Below, piece after piece: positions 25,177-36,619 of a stretch of DNA of 64,000 nucleotides. The stretch lies in NCBI GenBank assembly GCA_030704615.1, contig CM060733.1, positions 11,532,001 to 11,596,000 on the forward strand, in the 5' to 3' direction. Each line of letters opens with the position of its first letter. Position 1 is the first letter of the stretch. The position numbers and the translations under genes were made by a program. The notes beneath the pieces were generated by a model, which was given only the letters and a program-made list of their open reading frames with translations, was not told the DNA's origin and searched no databases. Source of the DNA: Takakia lepidozioides. Lineage: Eukaryota > Plantae > Bryophyta.

Positions 25177-26204
25177 ATGGCGGGCGGGTTCACCAAGAGG
25201 AAGTGCAACGCTTGCGTCGAGGTTGTGCTGGTCGTCCTCGCACTCTTGAGCGTGCAGTATTGCAGCGGCAGCGCTGTATGTTACTCTGGAGACAGGGAAG
25301 CACTACTGCAATTTAAAGCAGGTATGGATATCTGAAGTTGGACATGAAACACTCAGTGCTGAATCGACATAAACAGTTTGGTCGGTCGGTCAAAGGGCAT
25401 TTTACGGAACTTCTTGTGGAGGGTTAACTATCCTCGGCGTAAATGTTCCATACTCAGTAATGGGTGTGGATTGCCTGATGTGAGGCTGTGATTCCTAAGT
25501 CGCGTAATGATTCCACAGTCGTTTGCTCTGTCTAGTTATATAAGCTTAACCTCTATTGGGTCTGCAATTGAGTAGGATCAAAACCGGCCTGACAAAGTGA
25601 AATTGGATGCCTACTCCTGATGGCAGAGTTGGTGGACCCATTCAACCTTCTGGCATCGTGGAACAACAGCAGCCCCGACTGCTGCCAGTGGACAGAGCAA
25701 GGAGCGTCAAGTGTAACTTGCAACAAGCATGGACGTGTCATTTCCCTGGTCTTGAGCGGTCGGTTTTACGATTCTCACTCTGGATATACTGCACCTCTGT
25801 ATCGAGACAAGACCTTCAAAGGCGTGTACGCGGCATCGCTGGGAAGACTCAAGTATCTAGAAACACTCAACTTCGTGTACGTGGGATTTGATGGGGTCGA
25901 CATTCCCGCAACCTGGGCAAATCTGAAACACCTCCGGTCCCTCACCTTCACTTACGCAGCTGTGACCGGCCCTCTCTCAGGGACCACAGTGGCCGGATGG
26001 CCACTGCATGAGAATGTGGACCTGAGCAACAATGGATTCAGCGGCCCCCTTCCCTCGGAGCTCTGCAGGCCCACCCTCAAATCGATCAACGCAGGCAACA
26101 ACAACTTCAGTGGCGTGATTCCAGCGTGCCTCGGCAGCCTCCCAGACTCGTCGTTCGCCGGCAATCCCAACCTCTGTGGTCCTCCCCTGTCACCCTGCAC
26201 ATAG
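25177..26204 (+). CDS. Secreted extracellular LRR protein (PGIP-like), ~240 aa; exons 25177-25321 and 25627-26204
   Basis: Hydrophobic signal VVLVVLALLSVQYCSG; LRRNT C..DREALLQFK/ELVDPFNLLASWN..DCCQW; plant LRRs (DLSNNGFSGPLPSELC, NNFSGVIP); C-cap FAGNPNLCGPPL; phase-1 GT-AG intron; no TM or kinase. Confidence 0.9.
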
Positions 26205-26655
26205 CCAGGCTCAGGTATAACCCGCATAAAGGTAACTCCACGCACTCAGCTCAGAACCAGTGATAATAGGCCACCTGCCTGCGGTGCTGTGGTCGATACC
26301 CGCCACGTTGCAGAAAATTAGATTTATTTAAATTTGTCACTTTATGTGAGTATTACGTCGACGTTGCCACGTTGCAGCGCATCATAGCCCAAGCTGGTGT
26401 GCTCGCAGCGCTGGCCGTCTTGGGGTTGTGGGCTCCCTCACTCATATAAAACTCTCTGCCCTGCGAATTGCCAGTGTCTCGTGCCACAGTCTCTATCTTC
26501 TCTTTCTCAGAATTACAGTTTTTCCCGACATTGCAGCTGCTCGCCATCACTCTTCACTCTTCTCTCTTCGAGTCTCTTCAGACCCACATTCTGACAGTCT
26601 CTGCCTCGCAGCATTTGCTCTTCCACTGCTCTGTTTTCAGTATCTTTGAAGCGCA

Positions 26656-26928
26656 ATGACGACCATCGCGACTACGACTGGGACGACTGCAAACCCTCCT
26701 TGCTGCCCCGTCATTCCAACTTGTTTCCAGTGTGGAACTCACCGCAACCCGTGCCACTGCAGGGTGGTTGGCCCCACGTTGGGAGTGGTAGCTTTCGCCG
26801 TGGCAGCAGCTATTGAATGGCCGGTGGGAGCTTTTGTGTGGTGCTTCAAACATTACAAGGGGCGACGCATCATGGCGCACCCGGCTGCTGTGGTCTATCC
26901 CCGTGTTGCAAGCTGCCTTCCCATTTAG
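26656..26928 (+). CDS. 90-aa Cys-rich protein, copy 2
   Basis: Same protein as 22186-22458; I count 4 nucleotide differences, all synonymous. Confidence 0.85.
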   Translation: MTTIATTTGTTANPPCCPVIPTCFQCGTHRNPCHCRVVGPTLGVVAFAVAAAIEWPVGAFVWCFKHYKGRRIMAHPAAVVYPRVASCLPI

Positions 26929-28196
26929 ATCACCGCCTCGCAACCACAAATTCGAGTCTCGGTTCACGCGTTTCCATATTTTGGATCGCTGAGTCAGGGA
27001 GTTTTTCTGGTGCTGAGGATAGACATTTCTAGACTTAGATTCTCGGGGGATTCTCGAGCGGTTAAAATGTGAAGTGGCTTTAGCGCGAGCTTCTTCTTTT
27101 AGTCGGGGTTCTAGAATATCGGGACCACAACTTCCTGTTAAGCTCATTTGTACGTTGTTACATTCTATAATGAATTCATTGCACAGTTCTTGTCATCATA
27201 GCTAAGTGCTCACGAGTTCTCATAAAGAGTTACATGCATACTGTGCTTGTTGACGAGATTGTGCATTTCCTAAAGACATGTGAAGTACCAGTGGTTACAG
27301 CTGTCTTGTCAGGAGTTAACGGTATATATATATATATATCGTTTGCGCAAAGGATGCATGATGAATCGACCAATTCAAATCCGAATTTTACAGACTTCAG
27401 TTGCTTCTCTGGTTCGGTTTCTTTGGTTAGTTTGCTAGTTACCGCCTCAAGTGTGCTTGGACCCAATGAACCTCCCATGGAAGTACTAGTCTAAGATTCC
27501 TCTTCGCAGTTCTTGTGTCTCTGGTTTACATATCACTTTTACGTATGCAGATCACACAAAACAGACATTGTTTTGATGCATACTGAAAGAAATCGTATAC
27601 AGGTACCGACCGATCCCAAGATTGAAGTTTTCTTGTGAGGGACTGAATCGTAGAAATCATCGTACTCGGCAGACATGAATTTGTGTTCAATAGTCATAAC
27701 AAAGAACTGAAAGACATGCACAGGTGTGAAACAAGGCCAGGGGTAGAATCCATCATCCATGTACCCAATTGACAGCAATACTCAAAGTCACATGGCTTTC
27801 TCATGTTAGACATACAGATGACGGGAAGAGGAAGAACCCACCCCACCAAAACCTGGTGCAAGCTGTATCTAGCAATCGTTTGCTAAGCCATTTCCTCGCT
27901 ATGTCCTACTTGGTAACCACCAAATTACCTTCCTTTCCACCCTGAGCCCATGTCCTCTGAAGCGATAATCCGTTGCAGAATTTCTCAATACACTTTCAAT
28001 AAGCCCTGTCAATCTGCTGGGAGATGGGGGCATCTGGACCTCTCTCAACCAGCAGCCGGTCATCTTTCCCCTTTGCACTGCACGTCTCCTTTAATATTCC
28101 TAAAAGCAAACCGAGGAAATTAATCCCCTTCTCCTCTGCCCCCTCACACTTTCCATCTTGCTCAGAGAACACAATCTCTCCCTGTTGCCGCCTACT

Positions 28197-28856
28197 CTAG
28201 TAACATCCCTGCTTCTGATTAGAAGATACCTCTCTCCCTCCCTCGGAGTTTACACAAATGATATCATCACTATCTGACATATAATCGGAACCACGTGAAG
28301 CGCACTGTCGCTCTCCCACCCTCGTCTCAACTCTTGGATGAGTATCAAGGGGTTCAAATAATTCAGGGCCAGCAGGCCGTTGCTTCCGGGATCCGAGCAG
28401 CCAACGAACTTGCTCCTGCACTGAGTCGATGATTGGCCCCTGAAGTAGCCTGGTGTCTCTCTTCTTTCTGTAACTCAGAGGCCAGATGAATCTTCTTTTT
28501 CTAGCAATGGCTGATTGTGCACTGTTGCTATCACTCATTGAATCCTGCGCTCGCCTTGGATGAAATTGCCCAGTGGGTTGTGGTGTTTCTTGCTGTCTAA
28601 ATTGCCCTTCTATAGAACGAGGAGGTGAGGACACCCAAGGGTCTCGGGAATTTAAGCTCAGCTGCTGGTCCATCTTCTTGAGAAAACTGAACGAATCGTC
28701 AGTACATTTATGGACCCATGGCTGGGGCTGCTTGTCGTGCTCAACAATAGCCCTGTTATTGGGACCCTGCTTGGACTGTGAAAGTTTGGTTTGGCTGATG
28801 GGCATGGTAAGTACAAGGAGAAATTTGACAAGTGAAGATGAGGGAATGCAGCACAA
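28197..28856 (-). other. 219-aa ORF of unknown nature within a coding-like but interrupted stretch (~27.8-30 kb)
   Basis: Long open frame, hydrophilic and Ser/Gln-rich, no recognisable domain. Confidence 0.25.
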
Positions 28857-30662
28857 AGAGAGTCCACACCTGGCTACGACAGTGAAACCAAATTAAAATG
28901 TTGAACAGGGAAATCCAAAGGATTTGACAAACGACATATTCAATCTCTTCTGTCTTTGCCTCACTTCGATCTCTCCTTGTCGTTTGAATACGGAAGGGCC
29001 CACAGCAGGCACAGATATTCCGAAAGGTAACAGCAAAAGCAGTCCGATAATTGGCGGGTCAAGCGCCCTGTATCTTTTGATAGGCGGGAGCCGGCGCCTG
29101 TTCGGAATGCCTGTCTTTTGAATCTTGCTATTTCACCTTCCAGCACCCGCTCTGTCGCTCTGGGAAACTTCTTCCCACTATCGTCCCTCCCAAGCACTCT
29201 TGAAATTCGACATAAAGGGATCGTCGTCAATCTTTCTTCGTCTATTCATGAATACAGAAGTTCGCTCCGTGTCCCACGTGCATCATGTCAGAAATCCTAA
29301 GACTAAAACTGGTGTTGATACTCATCGACCCTGCCCCAAATGTTTCTCCAAAGGTCACAGTCTGCTCGGCTGTTTACTTTGCAGACTAACACTCGTTGTA
29401 ATGTACAACTAATCCTGGGCACTCTAACTCTACAAACAAACCCATCTGACCTGAAATGCAATATGAAATTCTCTTGGGATTGTAATCGACCGGAAGAGTC
29501 CGTTTTAGGCCATGTCGCCGTAGTGACAACGTGGTAATTGCTTCTTGGGTCTTGAGAAATGAAGCTTTGACTGAAGGACAGTGACAGATCCCTGGAATTG
29601 AGGATCTGCCCTGTATGGTAAGACCCAACCTGAGACCTCGCTCAATTCTGAGGGTTTCTAGAAGATGTTACCACATTTGATCCCATCAAAAGACTTCACC
29701 ATCTCTTCCATTGTACCTTTTCTTGCCTTTAAAAGGTGTGGGGTAAAGAGAAGCAGTTCAGTCTGCAATTTTCAAGGAAGGCTCTATCAAATGATTGGGT
29801 GAACTTGACATTGACCCTCGTGGCCACTTCATCACTGCAGCATGAGCTGACAGGATTTCCTTACTACTTCCTCGATCTACAATGCAGAACTTAGCAAGGT
29901 TTGAACTTTGCTTCTTTTTTGTCCTACCTTCCTTCAGTGTGCATGAATAACTAGGCCACAAGAATGCCATTCCTCTCTAACAACCAACTATTGTTTGTGG
30001 CTCTAGGACCGGACAAGGCTTCCCCTTTGCCTTGCTAGCTAGGAGTGGTTGCTGTCTAATGCATTTCTTCTCCCAGCCTTGTAAATACTGCATGAAGGAT
30101 ATTATTTCAATATGCTGGCTGGCTATCTATCACCAGCTTTTGCTTTGGCTTGGGTAGTATCTGATGTGGTAGTCTTGTTTATCCAGTGCTAGACTATTAA
30201 GGTGGTGATAAAACTTCTTGGAACTGAAAGGGACTTGATCCCTACCTCACACCCAGACAAGAGGTAAGCTGAAACTAAAAAACGAGACTGTAATATGTGA
30301 TGGGGCCTGTTTCAGGCAGATGATGTCAATAAAATGCTTGACTGATTTTATATGAATGAGTCATATCCTGTATTGACAGCACAGCAGTAACCTCTCTCTC
30401 TCTCTCAAAAACTATTTTCCAGTCCAATGACCGCACCTGCCACACAGTTCATGCCTTGCCAATGGTTGTGTGAGACCAAGTTGCAACTTCGGACTGAGTT
30501 CCCACCTGGTGAGTAGGCCCCACAATCATAGTTAAAGTGCAGCAGAGGAAATGCCCTCAACAGTTCGTCAAAGCCAATATTCCCAGAGAACAGTCACTGA
30601 ATCAAGCAGCAGCATAGTTTTAATAAAGCAAGAGACACATACACCTTATGAAAAACATGGTT

Positions 30663-33600
30663 TCACCAGTACTCCCCACAAGAACAAACCCCACCTTCAA
30701 AGTGGTGAAAGCGGTTTGCATCCCGTACAATGATTGCTCGGCCAACAATCTTTGAAAAGAACTTGGCGGCGCTGTGGCAGTCACCACACACCCGAAGATT
30801 CTTGATGAGACGGAGTGTAATCCCAGGGGAGGTGCTGATCAGCCCAAAAGCAATGGCCAGCTTCTCACTAAGAGAAAATTCTTTTTGCTCCTCCTCCAAA
30901 TCATGCAATACAAAGCGCGTGTCAGGCACATATCCTGCCTCCTTCATCTGCCCAGATAATCTTCTCAGCTCAGCATGGATTTCCTCAATGTTTGGATGCA
31001 ATTTCTCACCTACAACAAAAGTGTGCACCCTGTTGCCGACCTCAATCCAGCAGCGACCTGGCTGCTTTCTGACACTTCTGACCTTCATCGTTTTTTTCAC
31101 CTTTGCAGCATCATCCCACCTGCCAGCAGCACTATAGATGTTCGATAGCAACACATAAGTCACACCACAACATCCGATTTAATTGGACTTTTGTTGATAA
31201 AGTCCTCTGCCTCATCCAATTGCCCTGCATGGCCAAGGAGGTCCACCATGCAGCCCAAGTGCTCCACTGTAGGAGTGAGGCCATGATCTTGACTGAGGGA
31301 TTTGAAGTAGTGTTTTCCTTCATCAACTAAGCCAACATGGCTACATGCACAGAGAACACATATAAAGGTGATACTGTCCGGCTTCAAGCCTTCCTTTTGC
31401 ATTTCTTGAAATAGTTGCAGGGCCTCCTTAGGACGACCATGCTGGGCACAGCCTGCGATCATCACATTCCAGGTCACCACATTTCGTTCAGCCATTTTGT
31501 CAAACACTTCCTTCGCATCCTCCATGCTGCCACATTTGGCATACATGTCCATGAGGGTATTGCTCAGAACAGCATCTGGTACGATGTGAGCTTTTGTGAT
31601 GTCAGTATGGACCTCTTTGCCCTTTTCCAGGGCTGCCAGGCCTGCACATGCATTGCAAACAGAAACAAATGTGATCCTGTCCGGCTTCACCCCTGCCTGC
31701 ATCATTTGCTCATAGGTCTCCAGGGCGTTCCAACCACAATGATGCTGGACATATCCTGCGATCAAGCACTCCAGGACACAACATCTTGTTCAGCCATATT
31801 GTCAAACACTTCCTTTGCATGGAGCACATTTGGCATACATGTCCACCAGGGTATTATTCAGAATGACATCTGGTACAATTCCAGCCTTCATGATGTCAGT
31901 GTGAACCTCTTTGCCCTTTCCCAGGGCTGCCAGGCCCACACATGCATTGCAAACACAAACGAATGTGACCCGATCCGGCTTCACTCCTTCCCCCATCATT
32001 TGGTCATAGGTCTCCAAGGCATTCCTACCACAGCCATGCTGGGAATATCCTGCAATCATCGCATTCCAGGACACAACATCTCGTTCAGCCATATTGTCAA
32101 ACACTTCCTTTGCGTCCTCCAAGCTTCCACATTTGGCATACATGTCCACGAGTGTATTATTCAGAATGATATCTGGTACAATTCCAGCTTTCATCATGTC
32201 AGTATGGACCTCTTTGCCTTTTCCCAGGGCTGCCAGGCCTGCACACGCATTGCAAACGCAAACGAACGTGACCCGGTTGGGCTTCACCCCTTCCTGCATC
32301 ATTTGCTCGTAAGTCTCCAAGGCATTCCTACTGCACCCATTATGAGCATATCCAGCAATCATACACTCCAGGAAACAACATCTCGTTCAGCCATAATGTC
32401 AAACACTTGCTTCGAGTCCTCCATGCTGCCACATTTGGCATACATGTCCATGAGGGTATTGTTCAGAATGACATCTGGTACAATTCCAGCTTTCATAATA
32501 TCAGTATGGCCTCCTTGCCCTTTTCCAGGGCTGCCAGGCCCGCACATGCATTGCAGACGCAAATAAACGTAACCCGGTTAGGCTTTACCCCTTCCCGCAT
32601 CATTTTCTCATAGGTCTCCAAGGCATTTTTACCACAACCATCCTGGGCATATCCTGCGATCAATGCACTCCGCGACACCACATCATGCTCAACCATATTG
32701 TCAAACACTGACTTTGCGTCCTTCATGTTCCCACATTTGGCATACATGTCCACGAGGGTATTGTTCAAAATGGCATCTGGTACAATTCCAGCTTTCATGA
32801 TGTCCATATGGACCTCCTTGCCCTTCTCCAGGGCTGCCAAGCCCCCACATGCATTACAAATGCAAATGAACGTGACCTGGTCTGGCTTCACTCCTTCCCA
32901 CATCATTTGCTCATATGTCTCCAAGGCATTCCCACCGCACCCATGCTGGGCATATCCTGCGATCATCGTATTCCAGGACACGACATCTCGTTCAGCCATA
33001 TTGTCAAACACTTCGCACCCTTGATGCTCCCACATTTGGCAAACATGTCCACAAGGGTATTGTTCAGAATGACATCTGGAACAATTCCAGTTTTCATGAT
33101 GTCAGAGTGGACCTCTCTGCCCTTTTCCAGGGCTGCCAGGCCCGCACATGCGTTGCAAACACAAGCAAATGTGACCCGGTCAGGTTTCACCCCATCCCAC
33201 ATCATTTGGTCATAGGTCTCCAAGGCATTCCTGCCATACCCATGCTGGGCATATCCTGCTATCATCACACTCCAGGAGACCACATCTCGTTCAGCCATAT
33301 TGTCAAAGACTCTCTTTGCATCCTCCATCCTCCCGCATTTGGCATACATGTCCATGAGAGTAATGTTCAGAATCATAATTGGTACTATTCCAGTTTTCAT
33401 GATGTCAGCATGGACCTCTTTCCCCTTTTCCAGGGCAGCCAGGGTCGCACACGCCTTGCAAATGCAGACAAATGTGACCTGGTTGGGCCTCACCCCTTCC
33501 CGTATCATTTGCTCGTATGTCTCCAAGGCATTCTTACCACACCGATGCTTGGTAAACCCTGCTATCATGATATTAAATGTGATTAAACCTCGTGCAGGTA

Positions 33601-34344
33601 TTTTGTAAAACACTTGGTGTGCATCTATGATGCTCCCGCATTTGACATACATATTGACAAGGGTGTTGTATAGAAACATGTTTGGCTTGAATCCACTTTG
33701 GATAATATGAGCGTGCACCTGCTTCCCCGCTGCCAGGCCTTTCATCTTGATGCACTTATGCAAGAGATAGACATACATTTCTGAATCTGCTGCAATGCCT
33801 CCTTTGCTCAAAATTTGAAGAGCCTCTTTGAGTTGTCCTGCCTCACATCGTGTTCTCACATGCCCAGAAGTGCCAGAAGAGATCTTGTGGACTGCCTCTC
33901 GTGGTCTTCTGTCAAAATCAGTTGCCATGGTGGAGGTGCCTGATTTTATCAGAGCTGCTCCCAGTTGACAACCTACCCAGGCAGGTTTGTAGTAGCTATC
34001 AATCCACAGAGCCTCATTGGTACTCTCGTGGTTGAAATCCGGCCCTCTTGGATGAATCTGGACAGACAATCCATCCCTGCCTCCTTCAGCTATCCCTGAC
34101 TCGGCAACAATATGCATAGATCCTCCCCTTCGCTGCTAGCAGCTGACAATGACAACATCAAAATTTTACCTAGCAAACACACCAACCCTGCTTACTACAC
34201 ACTAGTTACTATGCTGAATTGCTGACAAGACTTTCAAATAGCAGATAGCTTTTCTTTCACCCAAGGAGGATTCACACAACCCTGAATCCAAAGGACCTCT
34301 TGTGTCCGCTGCTTTTGTCTGTAGCCTGGTCAGCGTGGATTGGT
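30663..34344 (-). pseudogene. PDF(OSB)-motif + PLS-class PPR (~26 motifs) + E + DYW RNA-editing factor gene, disrupted
   Basis: ~303-bp P-L-S units, P2-L2-S2, PG box (KQPGRCWIEV), IKNLRVCGDCH and HHFEGGVCSCGEYW*. Frame-breaking deletions near 33015, 32510, 32360, 31820, 31765 and ~31160 (most of E1-E2 lost); His of HSE missing. PDF half-motifs at 34057-33974 (in frame with the PPRs) and 34344-34246. Confidence 0.92.
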
Positions 34345-35479
34345 CTGTGAAAACCACCATAATGCAGCTGAGCAGCCATACCTTAAAGACAGCCTACTAA
34401 GACCAGGCCCGAAGCCTGAACGCCTCAAATACCTTATAAACACCAAAGTCTTGGCAATGCATTTCAGGGTCTATTTAGGAAGAACAACCTATGAGACAGA
34501 CAGGAGCAGCCACATTTGCAGACTCTTTTCGGTAGTGGAGTATTTTGCACATTCCTGCCCAAGAAGGATCAAATTTTACATCGCTGCCTAGACTCTTGCT
34601 CTTACTTGGAACAGGGAACAGGTCAGGGAACAGGTCAACTCGCAATGGTCTTGATTTCAAAGGAAGACCAGAATCATTACTATGAAATCCCTCAAAGTGT
34701 GGCCGAGCCACTGGCATCTGTAACACATTACCAGACATCTTAACATGCTTGCTGAGGACTGGCAGGAGAGCCAGGGGGGTTTCCAGGGCCCTACTAGGAT
34801 GCACTTCGATGGAACTGGCATGAGATTCCAGAGGACATGCTGATTAGGTGACTGTGACCCCCACCTTGGCCGCTGAAACTCCATCCTCTCTGCTTCCACT
34901 TTTCTGGTAAGTATTCTCTGTCTTTAGCAGTGAGCTCTGTGCCCCACGGTTTGACTTTCCCCAATAGGAATTTCCCACACCCTGAACCGAGATGACACAT
35001 TCGGAAGAGCAAAGGGGCAACAATGCTTACGTGCCACCAATACCTCCTGCAAAACTTGTAGTAAATGGAAGCTCACAGATGGGCACCCGAGCACCATAAG
35101 TTGCAGTGAGGACTCCCCCATTTCCTGCTCATATGGCCAACAAGTCATAATCATACTCCGACCCCTCCTTGGGAACCCCATTCTCTCCCACTGTTGACAG
35201 GGCCGTGATCCTTCCGACTGCCGGTGCCCTTACTTGATATAGTTGCTAGGGCCACGTCTTGTGGCAATTTACGCTGCTTATGCGTAACCCTAGGCACACA
35301 CAACCGATTAGAGAAAATCATGATAAGCAGCAGGCTCTCCAAGCAAAGGTGATGTATGTTCCACTATTGCCTCCATATGAGTTAGCCTGGGGCAGGGGAA
35401 GCAAGGTCAATCTTCCTGAAAAGTCCAACTGGCGGGTTCGTTTCCAAAGTATTTCATTCAAAGACTACTAAAACTCTAC

Positions 35480-35613
35480 CTGTACGCCACGGCACAACTC
35501 TCACCCAAAAAGAGAGTCGAAGGAGAATGACTCTGCTTGAATGCAACTTTTGCCGCACCCCCAACGCAAAGAGCTGCACATCTGAGCACACCCATCGCCC
35601 CCATCGCCGCCAT
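35480..35613 (-). other. Putative first exon encoding an organellar transit peptide, probably of the PDF-PPR-DYW gene
   Basis: MAAMGAMGVLRCAALCVGGAAKVAFKQSHSPSTLFLGESCAVAYR, Ala/Ser-rich and acid-poor, ending at an AG|GTAGAG donor. Confidence 0.45.
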
Positions 35614-36619
35614 CGCAATAGTGCCCTGTCTACGAATGCAGAGCTCAATCAAGGTGGTGAATTTTGATTCTCCTCGGAAATTCGTAATACATGCGTTGTA
35701 ATTGGATCCTGTGCCGTGGATTATTAGATGCAGTGAGACTTTTGCTATCCTTGACGATGGGTTTGTCAAGACAACAGGGATGACAGAGGGGATGTGAGAG
35801 AGAACAGACGAAAAAAATAAAAACCCTCCACACTAACTCTCAGAATGGAAAGGATCTCTGACCACTTGCGTCTTACCACAAATCGAAACTATCACCGAAG
35901 CAAGCAAGGGACTGTGAATTGTAATAAAAACCCGACCACCCCAAACACACGCATTTTGAACACACAGCAGCAAAGCTCTCACGCACTCTTGGAATGCTTG
36001 TAACCACCTGTATAGACGCATCTCAGCCGTCCCCTACCTGGATCGCTTACGTGTCACACTCATCGCAGCCGCCGTCTCTCATTCTCAATATAGGTTTCCC
36101 CGAGTTTTGGTTTCTGTTCGTGTTCTTGGCCGAATGTTTCCAAAACTTTGCACATTCATTTCTTCATTCATTCCCTAAGAGAGAAGTGGACGTGGAGGTG
36201 GTCTGCATGTGTGAGTCCTTTCTTGGAGTTGCGCTTAGCAAATTTGTGATGTACTTAGTCTTGGCAGGGACGATGTGGGGTGTGGGTCTTGCAGCTCAAG
36301 TTGTAATCCTCTCGACGTCCACTAGCTTCTGGTGGATCCTTCTTGAGACAGGTCTTTCTGTGCCGTAAGTTATTAGAGGTCTCTAATGGAGCTAATGTAG
36401 TTATCAACTTCAATAATCTTTTGTGTGCACGCTTCTCTTCTCCCCTCTCTACAAGTCTGATTCGGTACATTTACAGTTTCCCTCCTCTACGTCTCCTCAA
36501 CTGCTCTCTCACCCCCAAAAGTTTGATTCAGAAAAGATTGGATCTTTGTTATGGTTCGACAGAGACTGCTCCAAGGGAGAACAAAGAGGACTAAATCATG
36601 CTTCTGGATCCAATTGTAA

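Noticed and set aside
26578-27147. 189-aa and 122-aa minus-strand ORFs over the peptide genes
   Set aside because: Antisense frames; the substitutions between copies are synonymous in the plus-strand peptide frame.
30663-30720. EYW terminus as a sign of a U-to-C (KP-type) editing enzyme
   Set aside because: The domain has a canonical PG box and SEKLA/CGDCH; EYW is a conservative variant of DYW.
31415-33586. Long plus-strand ORFs (383 aa, 223 aa) and similar ones at 1132-1740
   Set aside because: Antisense shadows of repetitive PPR coding sequence.
34270-34379. Apparent conserved small ORF MAAQLHYGGFHRPIH.. shared with ~1900-2030
   Set aside because: The similarity is better explained by the intron end plus the PDF exon read in another frame.
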